Source: a virus (taxonomy: Duplodnaviria; Heunggongvirae; Uroviricota; Caudoviricetes). From it: a stretch of 64,000 nt of DNA. A program made the position numbers and the translations under genes. This document shows positions 50,995 through 61,845 of the stretch, one piece after another (within the stretch, counting starts at the first letter, position 1; each line of letters begins with the position of its first letter). Where the stretch lies: IMG/VR virus record IMGVR_UViG_2541047857_000014; one strand, 5' to 3'. Under the pieces are notes generated by a model, which worked only from the letters and a program-made list of their open reading frames with translations, searched no databases and was not told where the DNA came from.

Positions 50995-51555
50995 TCAGGA
51001 AGGAAGGGGTATTTCGGTGTGATGTTCGATATCGCCGTCAGACCCGTTACCGGGATCGAGATAATCAACATCAATCGCCAGCGTTCGCAGTTCATCCAGA
51101 CTGTTCAGGTCATCCTGCTGGCGGGTATCGTCTTCGGTCAGCTCTCTGATGACCGAAAAATCGAACTGATAAATCAGCTCATGACGATTCAGATCCAGCA
51201 GCGTGCCGCCGTCATAGGTAATCGGGTTACCGCACGCTTCCGGGTTCCAGCCCAGCAGGGCCTTAAAGAGCATCTGCCGGACATCGTCCACCACATCATA
51301 CGAGGCAAACTGACCGCGCTCATCACGTCCGTTACTCAGTATGACAACCACGGAGAAGCCCTCTTTCAGCTCCTGCCAGTAGTCGGTCTGGCTTTTGTTT
51401 TCTCCCGGAGAGTCATCACCCGGTACCACATATGCCGCCGGGAGTCTCAGCTTTCCGACCTCCGGCAGATTTTTGAACTGTGCCGCGCCTGCCACCCGGT
51501 TTTCAAAATACGGGCAGCGGGCACGCAGCGCAGCAATAACAGGCGTCAGTTTCAT
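50995..51555 (-). CDS. Mu gp37-like tail-associated protein
   Basis: 186-aa ORF. Confidence 0.6.
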   Translation of the reverse strand: MKLTPVIAALRARCPYFENRVAGAAQFKNLPEVGKLRLPAAYVVPGDDSPGENKSQTDYWQELKEGFSVVVILSNGRDERGQFASYDVVDDVRQMLFKALLGWNPEACGNPITYDGGTLLDLNRHELIYQFDFSVIRELTEDDTRQQDDLNSLDELRTLAIDVDYLDPGNGSDGDIEHHTEIPLPS

Positions 51556-52058
51556 CTGCGTCGTCGCTCCGGCTTCAGTGATTTACGTAATTCCCGCGCC
51601 AGAAAATAGCGTGTCCAGCTGCGGTTCTTTTCAAGCGTTTCCACCATAAAGTTATTACGTGGAGCCAGTCGCCAGCCGCTGCCACCGGATGCACCACGAT
51701 GATGGCTGCGACGACGCTTTGCCCCTCGCCTCACGCCATAGAACAAAAAAGCCGGATAAAAATCACCGGTGATACGGCGGTTTCCCTCTCCATTACGCTG
51801 GTTAGGGGCTATACGTGCCATAAAACCAGGGCGATGTTTACTGGCTCTGGGTACCATGTAACCAATCGAACGAGCCAGGCGTCCGGTCTGATAACCGGGG
51901 TTTTCACCCGGTGCCGACCGCGCACGGCGCATCACCAGCCGACGGGCATCACGCATATGACGCTGACCAATCGTGACAAACGCCCGCCGGACACGGGCGC
52001 GGTTAAAGCGCATCTCCGCGGGCTGCTGAAAATCAACGTGCAAAAAGGAAGTCGTCAT
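51552..52058 (-). CDS. virion morphogenesis protein (arginine-rich)
   Basis: 168-aa ORF. Confidence 0.6.
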   Translation of the reverse strand: MTTSFLHVDFQQPAEMRFNRARVRRAFVTIGQRHMRDARRLVMRRARSAPGENPGYQTGRLARSIGYMVPRASKHRPGFMARIAPNQRNGEGNRRITGDFYPAFLFYGVRRGAKRRRSHHRGASGGSGWRLAPRNNFMVETLEKNRSWTRYFLARELRKSLKPERRRR

Positions 52059-52443
52059 TGTTGCCTCCGTGACTCTGCCTACATTCGCCCAGCTCCGTAC
52101 ACTCCAGCAGCAGAAAGCGCCGCGCCCCGTTCAGATCGCGCTGACGTTTCACCCGGTACACACTGTCACCGCAGACCACCTCATAATCAGCGGTAATCCC
52201 CCGGCGGTAACGAATGGTGATGTAATGGGTGATGGCGTCCCCGGTCTGCGCGGTTTCCTGCCAGGTGGTGGCACTGGTCTGGATAACCTTCGCCCATGTC
52301 CGGAACGTAATCAGGTATTGAGGCTCCACGCCAAAGTTATCCGCGGGCATATCCACCCGCAGGCGGATCAGGACGCGTTTATTCAGTTCACCGGGGTCCG
52401 GCAGAATGTAGGTTGCGCTGGTCTGCGCCTGACGAATTTTCAT
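52033..52443 (-). CDS. head-tail joining protein
   Basis: 136-aa ORF. Confidence 0.55.
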   Translation of the reverse strand: MKIRQAQTSATYILPDPGELNKRVLIRLRVDMPADNFGVEPQYLITFRTWAKVIQTSATTWQETAQTGDAITHYITIRYRRGITADYEVVCGDSVYRVKRQRDLNGARRFLLLECTELGECRQSHGGNNDDFLFAR

Positions 52444-52763
52444 TGCGGAAAGTACCTGTACGGGCCGACAAGCCAGCCAAAACTCTGCGGCATGTCGAGT
52501 TTCTCCACTTCCGTAACCGACGAGCGGTTTTCGTAAAAATGGCTGATAAGCATCAGCATCCCCAGACGAATATCATCCGGCAGGTGCAGCCCGTCCGGAT
52601 CGCTGTCCGGAATGGTTTCATCCGGTGCATAGAGCTTCCGGTTCAGATACGTTTCCGTCCGCTTTTGTGCCGCACAGGCCAGCAGTTGCAGATGGCGGTC
52701 ATCAGCATCGAAATCCTCATCCAGCCGGAGTTGGGCTTTAATCTCTTCCATTGTCAGAAGCAT
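52440..52763 (-). CDS. head-tail connector protein
   Basis: 107-aa ORF after capsid gene. Confidence 0.6.
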   Translation of the reverse strand: MLLTMEEIKAQLRLDEDFDADDRHLQLLACAAQKRTETYLNRKLYAPDETIPDSDPDGLHLPDDIRLGMLMLISHFYENRSSVTEVEKLDMPQSFGWLVGPYRYFPQ

Positions 52764-52765
52764 AC

Positions 52766-52966
52766 TCAGCCCTCTTTACTGGTCGTGGCTTTTTTCTCTT
52801 TTGCCGCTTTACTGCTTTTTGCACTGATTCCGCGCTCTGCTAACCCGGCCTGAAGTGCAATCTCCTGCACCCGGGCAGGAAGCGCCCCATCGTCATACTC
52901 ACCGGCCCGAATGACCTCAACACGCATACCGTCCGGTGACCATTTCAGATCTTGTTTCAGGATCAT
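52766..52966 (-). CDS. small head-associated protein
   Basis: 66-aa ORF. Confidence 0.4.
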   Translation of the reverse strand: MILKQDLKWSPDGMRVEVIRAGEYDDGALPARVQEIALQAGLAERGISAKSSKAAKEKKATTSKEG

Positions 52967-53015
52967 GATTCTTCACCCGTCAGAACAGGGGGCGCGGTTC
53001 CGCGCCCCTGAGTGA

Positions 53016-54221
53016 TTACGCCGCTGCAATCTTCAGCAGTTTGATGGCCTGCGAATCGACCAGCATCCCGCCGGTGCGCTTGGTGGTATAAAAACCGACA
53101 AACGGTTTATTGGTGTACGGGTCACGCAGAATGCGGGTGCCGATACGGTCAACGATGGTGTAACCCCGTTTGAAGTTACCAAATGCAATGGCTTTCGCAT
53201 CAGCGGCGATATCCGGCATCTGTTCGTTTTCAGCGATACCGTAACCCGCCAGAGAGGACGGCTGCCCCAGTTCCAGCCCCGGACGCCACAGATAGTTACC
53301 CTCGCTGTCTTTAAGCAGACGGATGGCAAACAGGCTGTTGTTGTTCATCATGAACTTCGCGCCAGTGCGGTGTGCCTTACGCAGCGTGTAAATCAGTTTG
53401 ATAATGGCGTCTGCGGTCACCGCCGTCGCTTCGCCGGATACAATATGCTGAAGTTTGCCGAACGCCCGGACCTTATCGGTTTCATCAGTGGATTCATACG
53501 CCAGGAACCCTTTCGGCTTCTTGGTACCATCGCCGGTGGTAAAGGCAATTTCTTCCTGTTCGGCAAATTCGGTTGCCAGCTCGCTGTTGATCCATGCTTC
53601 CACGTTGAAAAAGGCATCATCCAGCATTTTCTGGGTGGCCTGCGGGTTACCGTAGATTTCCCCCATGAAAGGTTCAATCAGGCCCAGTTTTGAGGTGGCA
53701 GTCTGGGAGCGCGCGTCAGTCTCGCCAACCCATCCGGAAGCCGTGCCGCCCAGATTCACCAGTTTTTTGTAGTCGGAACCACCAACGGTGATCACCGTGG
53801 CTTCCTGGCGCATCACCACTTCATCTTTCAGCAGGGTGAGAATGTTGCGATCCAGTGCTTCCGGCACGGCATAGCCGCCGTCTTCATCGGTGCCCACCTG
53901 CAATGCCTTGCGCTCCAGATCGCGCAGACCATCTTCACGGCCTTTACGCAGGAAGCCCACAAACGCTTCTTTATGCTCGGTGGCCAGTTTATTTTGCGCA
54001 CCACCTGCCGGACGTTTCAGCTCAAGCAGCTCTTTTTCAAGATCGCTTTTGAGGTTTTCCAGCTCGCTGAGTTTCCCGTTCAGGGTTTCCACCTGCCCGG
54101 CAAGTTTGCCTTTTTCCTGCTCAATCGCATCCACGCGCTTGTCGTTCTTTGCTTTGAAGTCGTCAAACTTCTGCTGCAGCTCCTGCGCGACCTGTTCGAC
54201 ATCTTTAATATCAACCGCCAT
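53016..54221 (-). CDS. major capsid protein (HK97 family)
   Basis: 401 aa, N-terminal coiled-coil delta domain then capsid fold region. Confidence 0.85.
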   Translation of the reverse strand: MAVDIKDVEQVAQELQQKFDDFKAKNDKRVDAIEQEKGKLAGQVETLNGKLSELENLKSDLEKELLELKRPAGGAQNKLATEHKEAFVGFLRKGREDGLRDLERKALQVGTDEDGGYAVPEALDRNILTLLKDEVVMRQEATVITVGGSDYKKLVNLGGTASGWVGETDARSQTATSKLGLIEPFMGEIYGNPQATQKMLDDAFFNVEAWINSELATEFAEQEEIAFTTGDGTKKPKGFLAYESTDETDKVRAFGKLQHIVSGEATAVTADAIIKLIYTLRKAHRTGAKFMMNNNSLFAIRLLKDSEGNYLWRPGLELGQPSSLAGYGIAENEQMPDIAADAKAIAFGNFKRGYTIVDRIGTRILRDPYTNKPFVGFYTTKRTGGMLVDSQAIKLLKIAAA

Positions 54222-54235
54222 CGTATTTCTCCTGA

Positions 54236-54922
54236 TTAGAAGTTCAGATTTTTCAGTGCATTCAGTGCAGAGCCCACATCCTCAGCGTCGCGCAGGGACA
54301 GTGCGCCATAGCCCCCGGCCATGAATGCTTTGGCCTGGGTACGGGAGAGTCCGACATCACGCAGGACTCTTTCGATTTTTTTCTGTTCGGGGATTTCCCC
54401 GCGGGCCAGTGCGTTCTTGACGTCGCTGATCCGCGCCTCGTCGTTAGACGGGAACGTCACCAGGCTGACTTCCCAGAGGTCGATTTCTTTCAGCAGAAAG
54501 GCTTCTTTGCTCCGGTCGTATTCCCAGTCTTTCAGGACGTACCCAATAGAAAGGCCGGTTAACGAACCGGCCTTCATGTGTGCATGTGCGCGTTTTGCGA
54601 GGGGATCATCATCAATAAGCAACCGTCCCCTGACGTAAAGCCCGACATCGTCTTCCTTCATTTCGGTGTAAACACCGATGGGTTCATCCATGCGGTGCTG
54701 CCAGAGCAGCGCAGGTAACGCTTTTCTGTCACTCCACGCCCGCAGGGAAGCAGCAAATGCCCCGGACATCACCACATCATCGTGGCTGTCCTTTACACCA
54801 AAGACGGAGCCATACCCTTCAAACTCACCGGAGTCACTGACAGATTTCAGACTCAGCGGTACATCAAGACGTTGTTTCGTCTGCATTGGCGTTATCCTTC
54901 TGCTTACCGGCTTTACTGCCAT
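54236..54922 (-). CDS. prohead protease (HK97 family)
   Basis: 228-aa ORF between portal and capsid. Confidence 0.8.
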   Translation of the reverse strand: MAVKPVSRRITPMQTKQRLDVPLSLKSVSDSGEFEGYGSVFGVKDSHDDVVMSGAFAASLRAWSDRKALPALLWQHRMDEPIGVYTEMKEDDVGLYVRGRLLIDDDPLAKRAHAHMKAGSLTGLSIGYVLKDWEYDRSKEAFLLKEIDLWEVSLVTFPSNDEARISDVKNALARGEIPEQKKIERVLRDVGLSRTQAKAFMAGGYGALSLRDAEDVGSALNALKNLNF

Positions 54923-56105
54923 CGGAGGGTTTCGTGGTCATGTTCATCGGTGTGAGATAGACATCCCCACCGGGACGGGGATTCATATCTTCCAGGTCGC
55001 GGCAGTCATTGGGAGAGTAAATTCCCCAGTTAATCCCGGTGGCGTAGGCTTCAAAACGGGACTTCATATCCCCGCGCAGTAACGCCCCGGCGTTAAATTT
55101 GGCGTAATAAACGCCCTGCTTACTTTTTCGAACCAGTCCGGTGTTGATCCGCTGCTCGATGCGGGTCAGATACGGCACCAGTGAATAGTTGATAAATCCC
55201 AGCCCCAGCTCTTCAATATTGTTGAAGGTGGCGCGATCGGTGTTCTGCACCATGTGCAACGGCACCCGGAACAGACGACAGATTTCTTCAAGCTGAAACT
55301 TGCGGGTTTCCAGGAACTGGCTGTCCTCGGCGTTCAGCGCCATCGACTTCCAGTCCAGCCCCATCTCAAGGATCATCGGGCGGTGAGCATTACCAAGCCC
55401 GGTGTGACGCTCCTCAAAATCTTTCTTCAGGCGCTCGTAAGCCTGATCTGACAGCGTCTGCTCTGTACGCAACACACCCGACGTCACCGCACCATTGCTG
55501 AACAGTCTGGCCCCGTGCTCTTCGGTCGCAGCTGCCAGCGATATTGCCTCGCGGGCATAGGCGATGGGATTCAGCCCCACCAGACCGTCCAGCGTCAGCG
55601 TGCGCACATGCCAGATATCTTCCTGGCTCAGCACATCCGTGGAGCCGTCCGAGAATGTGACCTGATAGACCGGCTCCCAGCTACTGTTAAGCTTCGGTAC
55701 CACACAGCCAGGATCGACGGGCAGCAGTTCAGCCACTTCGCCAAATGCTTTCACTTTGTAGGCGTAAAAGTTTCCCCGCAGGCACAGACAGGTGACCACC
55801 AGCTCCCAGAACTCCTGCGGCGTCATATAGCCATTGGGATGCGTGGAGATCAGCTTATGCAGACGTTCGCCGGTGGCCCTCTGTTTCAGGCTGCCGTTCA
55901 GGTGATACAGATTGCAGGGCAACATCCCGACCGACTCTGCCAGCACCCTGACGCAGGAAAAAACCGCCGTCAGTCGCATGGCCCGCTGGCTGCTGATCTG
56001 CTTTCCGGTATAGGTGTCGTATGACAGCCCGATAGCCTCCGCCAGCTCTGCTGGCGTGGTCACCGGCGCGTCACTTTTTCGTTGAAATAATCCCGAAAAG
56101 AACAC
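54864..56105 (-). CDS. portal protein (HK97 family)
   Basis: 413-aa ORF after large terminase. Confidence 0.85.
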   Translation of the reverse strand: MFFSGLFQRKSDAPVTTPAELAEAIGLSYDTYTGKQISSQRAMRLTAVFSCVRVLAESVGMLPCNLYHLNGSLKQRATGERLHKLISTHPNGYMTPQEFWELVVTCLCLRGNFYAYKVKAFGEVAELLPVDPGCVVPKLNSSWEPVYQVTFSDGSTDVLSQEDIWHVRTLTLDGLVGLNPIAYAREAISLAAATEEHGARLFSNGAVTSGVLRTEQTLSDQAYERLKKDFEERHTGLGNAHRPMILEMGLDWKSMALNAEDSQFLETRKFQLEEICRLFRVPLHMVQNTDRATFNNIEELGLGFINYSLVPYLTRIEQRINTGLVRKSKQGVYYAKFNAGALLRGDMKSRFEAYATGINWGIYSPNDCRDLEDMNPRPGGDVYLTPMNMTTKPSDGSKAGKQKDNANADETTS

Positions 56106-56287
56106 TATTTACCTCCGCCGACAGACAGCTGTGTACGATCGAGATATCGCGCCACCAGCCACGACCAGAACAGGCACAGCGCCCCGGCAACAACAAAACC
56201 CGCCGGGGGATAAATCAGCCAGGCACCATATGCCAGCAAAAGCGCACCCAGCACGCCCACCAGAGGCGCGAGAATCAGCATGATCAT
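56105..56287 (-). CDS. small membrane protein
   Basis: 60-aa two-TM ORF. Confidence 0.4.
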   Translation of the reverse strand: MIMLILAPLVGVLGALLLAYGAWLIYPPAGFVVAGALCLFWSWLVARYLDRTQLSVGGGK

Positions 56288-56298
56288 AATTACCTCAG

Positions 56299-58032
56299 TT
56301 AAAGCGAGCGGATCCCGTAGGACTCAATGTGGTCAGACAGCGTGTCTTCTTTCTCGTACAACATGGCTCTGCCAACCGCCATAATCAGCGCAACTGCACC
56401 ATCGATTTTGTTTTCCGCCTGCTCTTTGACGGGTTTCACCACATCATCGTTACCCGGAATGGTTTTGCCGACCACGTTGCCGATACACCAGGTCATGATG
56501 GGATTGCCATCATGATGAAAGCGCCCCGATTCAATTGCCGCTTCCAGCTCTTTCATCGGGTCGGACATGTTGGTGTAGTTCTGAATGATAGTGATGGGGT
56601 TCAGGTCTTCATCAGCAAGGTCATGTGACAACCCGGTCGCCCCGAAGGGGTCGATGGGTGACTCACTGACCGGGCTGATTTTGTTCGCCGCTTTGGCCTC
56701 CTCGAGGATGTAGCGATAATCCACCTCCGCACCATCGGTAACGGTCAGAACGCCCATTTCCACCCATTTCTGAAAGCGTTCGGCTGTCCGTCGATCTTCA
56801 TTTTTCTCGACGCTGTACACCGTGTCATACGGTACCCAGAAACGCGGGGCCACACTGTAGTAATGCGTTTTACCGTCAATCTCGCGGGTATAAAGTCGCG
56901 CCATGCTGTTCATATCCAGCTTACGCGCCAGGTCAAAGGCCAGAATGCACGGCTGCCCCTCGAACTGCTCAAGGGTCAGTGATTTATCCTCGCAGCTCTG
57001 CCAGCTCACCAGGTTGAAATACGCCGAACGCGCCGACACCCAGATATTGAGGTGTTTTGTTTTAAAGACGTTTGCCAGACGGGCGTTATTTTTCGCACGC
57101 TGCTGCTGACTTAACAAAAATTCGCGATAAACCGACACGCCAATATTTGGATTGGCTTTTTCCAGCACCTGCGGGTCGGTCCAGTCGTCACCTTCATCAA
57201 CGGTATAGATGATCCCGAACAGTTCATCGTTAGGCACCGAGCCATTGAGCATCTCGATGACTTCCCGCCGCTTGTCGTAGCACGGCCCCTCAATGTTGTA
57301 CCCGGCGGTGGTGATAGCCCACATCAGTGGCTGACGTCGCGCCCCCATCCCGGTAAGCATCGTGGTGTAAAGCGCATCGGTGGCGTGCTCGTGATATTCA
57401 TCCACCACCGCACAGTGGGGTGATGAACCATCACCGGGGTTACCGATCAGCGGTTCAAACCGCGCGCCATCCTCCGGACGGTTCATGTTTGAGGCGTTAA
57501 CCTCAATCCCGAACGCTTCCGTCAGCATGGGTGTGCGTTTACACATCAGTCGAGCCGGGCGAAAGACTTCCCACGCCTGTTTCTCTGTCGTGGCACCGGA
57601 ATACACTTCCGCGCCAAACTCGTTATCACAGGCAAAACAATACAGGGCAACACCGGCAGAGATTGCCGATTTGCCGTTCTTACGGGGGATTTCGGTATAC
57701 ACCTCCCGGAAGCGGCGCAGCCGGGAGCCTTTATTGACCCAGCCAAACGCGCAGCAGATCACAAAGAGCTGCCACGGCTCCAGCGTGATGGGCATCCTCT
57801 TAAATGCCCACTCACCCTTGGTGTGCGGCAACAGCTGAATAAATTTGGCGGCCCGTTCAGCCAGGTCCTTGTCGAAGCGGTAACGAAACGACTTACTTTT
57901 TTCCGCCATCAGGTCATCAAGATGGCGCTGGCAGGCCTGAATCACAAACTGGCAGGCCACAATCTTTCCGCGCACGACATCCCGGGCATACTGATTGGCA
58001 GCATTTACGTTGGGGTAAGATTTCCGGCTCAT
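56299..58032 (-). CDS. terminase large subunit
   Basis: 577-aa ORF. Confidence 0.85.
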   Translation of the reverse strand: MSRKSYPNVNAANQYARDVVRGKIVACQFVIQACQRHLDDLMAEKSKSFRYRFDKDLAERAAKFIQLLPHTKGEWAFKRMPITLEPWQLFVICCAFGWVNKGSRLRRFREVYTEIPRKNGKSAISAGVALYCFACDNEFGAEVYSGATTEKQAWEVFRPARLMCKRTPMLTEAFGIEVNASNMNRPEDGARFEPLIGNPGDGSSPHCAVVDEYHEHATDALYTTMLTGMGARRQPLMWAITTAGYNIEGPCYDKRREVIEMLNGSVPNDELFGIIYTVDEGDDWTDPQVLEKANPNIGVSVYREFLLSQQQRAKNNARLANVFKTKHLNIWVSARSAYFNLVSWQSCEDKSLTLEQFEGQPCILAFDLARKLDMNSMARLYTREIDGKTHYYSVAPRFWVPYDTVYSVEKNEDRRTAERFQKWVEMGVLTVTDGAEVDYRYILEEAKAANKISPVSESPIDPFGATGLSHDLADEDLNPITIIQNYTNMSDPMKELEAAIESGRFHHDGNPIMTWCIGNVVGKTIPGNDDVVKPVKEQAENKIDGAVALIMAVGRAMLYEKEDTLSDHIESYGIRSL

Positions 58033-58532
58033 GATTCGATGATTTTCAGAAACGGGTTAGTGGCTTTCTTCTGCCCCGCCAGGCCAATCAGACGCTGACG
58101 GCTGCTGGGGTCGAGTCCGAGCATTGCCCCCGTGCTGCTCATCTCGGACTCCTGTTCTTTTTTGGCTGTCAGCTCCGGATTTTTGACCCTGCCGCCCATT
58201 GCGCCGGTGATGGTATTGCCCTGTATGGCAATATTTTTCACAGCACGTCGCCAGAACTCATAGGCCACGCACCACCGCTCAAGCACCGCGAGGTCAGTCA
58301 CGCACAGCAGGCCCTGACCGCAGAGTTCTTTGGTTGTCAGTTGCCACATGATCGTGGCGAGAGGGAGATCTTCTTCAGCGAACCACTCCGGTGGCTCAAC
58401 ACCTTTGATGGGCGTAAAAACAGGTTCATCTTTGTTCAGGGCTCGCTTGCCGGGGTTTCCGGCCAGCGCCTTGCGCGCCGTTGGCTTGGGGCGACGCCCG
58501 GAACGCCCCGCCGTTCCAGCCATATGCGGCAC
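58029..58532 (-). CDS. terminase small subunit (P27-like)
   Basis: 167-aa ORF overlapping TerL start. Confidence 0.75.
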   Translation of the reverse strand: MPHMAGTAGRSGRRPKPTARKALAGNPGKRALNKDEPVFTPIKGVEPPEWFAEEDLPLATIMWQLTTKELCGQGLLCVTDLAVLERWCVAYEFWRRAVKNIAIQGNTITGAMGGRVKNPELTAKKEQESEMSSTGAMLGLDPSSRQRLIGLAGQKKATNPFLKIIES

Positions 58533-58648
58533 TCCTGGTTAAATTTCATTTTTCGCGGGTATAAAAAAACGATGGGGCGGGCAGTCCGGAAGACGTCAGG
58601 TCACAGGGATTTGACCCGCCCCTCCCCTCAGAAAGTTGAGAATTATTA

Positions 58649-58999
58649 TCACTTCAGTCGTTCACGGGCCGTCTTCGCCTTATGACACGGCCAGCACAGG
58701 CTCTGCAGATTGCAGTCTGCATCAGTGCCGCCATGCGCTTTAGGGATGATGTGGTCAACGGTTTTCGCCTCACGCACCACACCGACATGCAGGCACAACT
58801 GACACAGGCCTTTGTCACGCTTCAGCACGCGCGCGCGGATAACATCCCACTTCGAACCGTAGCCGCGCTGGTGACGGGATTGTCCTGGCTTGTATTGTTT
58901 CCAGCCTTCGCTTTTGTGGCTTTCACAATAGCCTGACGGATCAGTGGTGGTTTGGCGGCAGCCGCGAACGCGGCAGGCTTTTGGGGTTCGTGGGGGCAT
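58649..58999 (-). CDS. HNH endonuclease
   Basis: 116 aa with CxxC...DHIIPKAHGG...CxxCH motif, upstream of terminase. Confidence 0.8.
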   Translation of the reverse strand: MPPRTPKACRVRGCRQTTTDPSGYCESHKSEGWKQYKPGQSRHQRGYGSKWDVIRARVLKRDKGLCQLCLHVGVVREAKTVDHIIPKAHGGTDADCNLQSLCWPCHKAKTARERLK

Positions 59000-59038
59000 T
59001 TAAAGTGGGATCTAACTCTAATAATTTAAAAAATTTAA

Positions 59039-59542
59039 TTGGGTCTTGATATTAATCACATAGACTCAATGCTCTTTAGTTCTTACATAGGTGGTTGTAT
59101 TATGAGTATCCCCAGTTTAGATGTTCATAAAGTTGTTAAGTGCGCAGAGCATAAAAAGGCTTTAGATGCAATATCTCTCAAACTTAAGAATAACATTATT
59201 GACTCAAGCTCTGAATACGATTTTCTTGGCGACACAATAATTTTCAATAAAGATAAAAAAAATAGGTTAACCCTCAAACTTTCAACATATGAACTAGAAC
59301 TTATTTTCAAAGAAACACTGCTAGTCATTGATGAAGCTCCTGTATTGAAGTTTGCTGCCATTGACCCAACCGATGAAAATAACAACGAGCTGATTGATTT
59401 ATTTTTATCCAAAGGTGGATTTATTTATATTAGAGAATACAAATCCGAGCCACATTATGAGTATGGCGACACTTCTCTATTTTTACATATACTTGACGCT
59501 ACTCTTAAAGAGCTTAAATCTGCAAACAAAATATCCTATTAA
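59039..59542 (+). CDS. AT-rich moron, hypothetical protein
   Basis: 167-aa ORF on opposite strand inside a minus-strand late operon. Confidence 0.45.
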   Translation: MGLDINHIDSMLFSSYIGGCIMSIPSLDVHKVVKCAEHKKALDAISLKLKNNIIDSSSEYDFLGDTIIFNKDKKNRLTLKLSTYELELIFKETLLVIDEAPVLKFAAIDPTDENNNELIDLFLSKGGFIYIREYKSEPHYEYGDTSLFLHILDATLKELKSANKISY

Positions 59543-59648
59543 ATAAATTTTTGCTAACATAGCCCCGCGCCATGACAAGATTTTCTGTTCTAGATGCAAG
59601 GGCTATGTGTGAATATCTATAAACAAAAACCCCATCCGGTGATTTTTG

Positions 59649-59900
59649 TCATTTTTTAGCCATCTCAATTGCGGCATCAAAAAGTCGTTCAAGAATAAAA
59701 TCAGGGTACTGTAATTTTTCTTGCTCGATATGAAGCTCATAAATTTTCCCTTCCCACTCCCATTTAAAATTAAATCCAGAAGCAGAAGGTGCGAAATGTG
59801 TTTTAGCTTTAGGGTTAGCGTAACCAGCAACAGTCAACACATCAAACTTAAAATCTTGAGGTTTAATACGCATAATCATATCCTTTGCCAAGTTCATCAT
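59649..59900 (-). CDS. AT-rich moron, hypothetical protein
   Basis: 83-aa ORF. Confidence 0.4.
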   Translation of the reverse strand: MMNLAKDMIMRIKPQDFKFDVLTVAGYANPKAKTHFAPSASGFNFKWEWEGKIYELHIEQEKLQYPDFILERLFDAAIEMAKK

Positions 59901-59970
59901 TATTCTTCTCGATTATAAAACAATGAATAAAATCATTAAAGCATAGACGTTAAATATCCTCAAAATGTGA

Positions 59971-60408
59971 TTAGTTGGGACATTGCGTCCTGATATACTC
60001 CTGCAAGTAATTGACCTGTGAGGTTATCTTGTCGATTCCACTTCGGAGACGGTAATAATGGAGTTCAGCATCTGCTGTAAGTCTAGGGCTTTCTCCATCG
60101 CCCATGCCGCTGGCTCCGGTCGTTGACTTTGTACAGGTGGCGGCGACTTGCAGGCGCTTATGCCCAGCAGAAACATCAGCACGAAGACTTTCGATAGTCG
60201 CATTAGCATCAGCAAGCTCCTTTGTATATCTGGCATCGAGTTCAGCTACATTACGTTGACGCTTCTGCATATCAGCGATGATGGATGTGGCTTTATCGCG
60301 CTGTACTTTGTAGACGATGGCGTCATCACGGTAATTATCAACAGCCCATGACAAGCAGACGATGATGCAGATAACCAGAGCGGATATAATCACCGTTACT
60401 CTGCTCAT
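59971..60408 (-). CDS. Rz i-spanin
   Basis: 145 aa, N-terminal TM then coiled coil; embedded Rz1. Confidence 0.8.
   Translation of the reverse strand: MSRVTVIISALVICIIVCLSWAVDNYRDDAIVYKVQRDKATSIIADMQKRQRNVAELDARYTKELADANATIESLRADVSAGHKRLQVAATCTKSTTGASGMGDGESPRLTADAELHYYRLRSGIDKITSQVNYLQEYIRTQCPN
60024..60203 (-). CDS. Rz1 o-spanin lipoprotein (embedded in Rz)
   Basis: [18 protein letters not shown] lipobox, Pro-rich. Confidence 0.7.
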   Translation of the reverse strand: MRLSKVFVLMFLLGISACKSPPPVQSQRPEPAAWAMEKALDLQQMLNSIITVSEVESTR

Positions 60409-60881
60409 ACCTGAATCTCTTTGACCGTTCCGCCGGCTTCTTTGAATTTTGCAATCAGGCTGTCAGCCTTATGCTCAAACTGACCATAACCAGCTCCCGG
60501 CAGTGAAGCCCAGATATTGCTGCAACGGTCGATAGCCTGACGAATATCACCGCGATCAATCATCGGTAAAGCACCACGCTCTTTAATCTGCTGCAGTGCA
60601 ACAGCATCCTGGCTTTTTGGAGAGAAGTCTTTCAGTCCAAGCTGTTTACGGTATGCATCCCACCAGCGGGAAAGAAGCTGGTAGCGCCCGGCAGCCGTTG
60701 ATTTGAGTTTTGGGTTTAGCGTGACAAGTCTGCGAGGGTGATCGGAGTAATCAGTGAATATTTCTCCGCCCACAATGACGTCATAACCATGATTACGTGT
60801 CGGTTGTAGCCCATTATCCGTTCCTTCTGACCAGGCCACCATATCGAGGAAAGCTTTACGCTGAGGATTAAGATTTTGCAT
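60405..60881 (-). CDS. endolysin (lambda R-like)
   Basis: 158-aa ORF with EGT..G catalytic region near N-terminus. Confidence 0.8.
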   Translation of the reverse strand: MQNLNPQRKAFLDMVAWSEGTDNGLQPTRNHGYDVIVGGEIFTDYSDHPRRLVTLNPKLKSTAAGRYQLLSRWWDAYRKQLGLKDFSPKSQDAVALQQIKERGALPMIDRGDIRQAIDRCSNIWASLPGAGYGQFEHKADSLIAKFKEAGGTVKEIQV

Positions 60882-61272
60882 TTTTCACCCCTGTCAGTCG
60901 TTCCCAGAAGTACGTCAGTGCAACCGAACCCATCGCACCACTAATCCCCGCAGTTGCGAGAATCATGTAAATACTGAATCCACTTTCGATACTGATTAGG
61001 CCACCAATAACACCGGTGAATCCTGATACAACTATCTGAGCGAGGGCATTTATCCAGCTCCACGTTGCTTTACTCTGCTTCACATCAATCAGGTAACGGA
61101 CAAGCCCCCCCCAACCTGCGATGATCAGCAAAACAAGCCAGAACGCTCCGGCAAGATTCTCTTTTTCGTGCATATGAATAGCCGCAGTTTCGCCTCCGAC
61201 AGAAAATCGGAGCGTGAAATGATATGTTGATTTATTATTAATTCGAAAATTACATTCTAATTCATCAGGCAT
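60868..61272 (-). CDS. holin (start uncertain; internal Met at 61173 gives 101 aa)
   Basis: three hydrophobic helices upstream of endolysin. Confidence 0.65.
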   Translation of the reverse strand: MPDELECNFRINNKSTYHFTLRFSVGGETAAIHMHEKENLAGAFWLVLLIIAGWGGLVRYLIDVKQSKATWSWINALAQIVVSGFTGVIGGLISIESGFSIYMILATAGISGAMGSVALTYFWERLTGVKNAKS

Positions 61273-61282
61273 TGATGATTTT

Positions 61283-61320
61283 ATAATAATAAAGGCCGTT
61301 CGTTACGGCCTTTATTATTG
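61283..61320. terminator. bidirectional hairpin
   Basis: aaaggccgt-tcgtt-acggccttt flanked by A/T runs. Confidence 0.5.
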
Positions 61321-61324
61321 ATAT

Positions 61325-61660
61325 TTATTTTACATCCCAAGGTAGTTCCTCAAGAGAGAAGACTAATTCATTATCAATAATTTCGTATTCTGCATAACCT
61401 TCAACCTCTCCTGAGAAGTTATTGTCAACGCATCCTTCATAATAGCTATATGGTGCTATAAAGTGAAACCCATATTCATCTATCTCTGTGATTTCAAAAT
61501 TGTAGTAATCGTAAGAATATCGAATATCATCATCAGAAATAGAACTAAGTACATAGTTATTAAATTTATCGGAATGCTTAACGATAAGTTCTGACAACGC
61601 GTCAAGATTCTCTGGAGAGATATTTCCTAACGGTAATCTGTACTCAACGGCATTAATCAT
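61325..61660 (-). CDS. AT-rich acidic moron protein between tR' and holin
   Basis: 111-aa ORF, very acidic. Confidence 0.45.
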   Translation of the reverse strand: MINAVEYRLPLGNISPENLDALSELIVKHSDKFNNYVLSSISDDDIRYSYDYYNFEITEIDEYGFHFIAPYSYYEGCVDNNFSGEVEGYAEYEIIDNELVFSLEELPWDVK

Positions 61661-61715
61661 ACAACCTCCTTTTTAACTGATATGAGGTTATATAATGTGT
61701 TTCAGTACAAGTAAA

Positions 61716-61739
61716 TAAAAACCCGCTCAACAGCGGGTT
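61716..61739 (-). terminator. tR'-like terminator downstream of Q (site of Q antitermination)
   Basis: aacccgct-caacag-agcgggtt with T-run on minus strand ~110 bp after Q stop. Confidence 0.6.
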
Positions 61740-61845
61740 CGTGAAAATTATCAACGGCAGACATACAAAGCCCATCGTTGAGAAAATCTTATCCATATTT
61801 TTTGAAAAATGCAAGCTTCATGTCACTATCTTCGGCGAAAATCAC

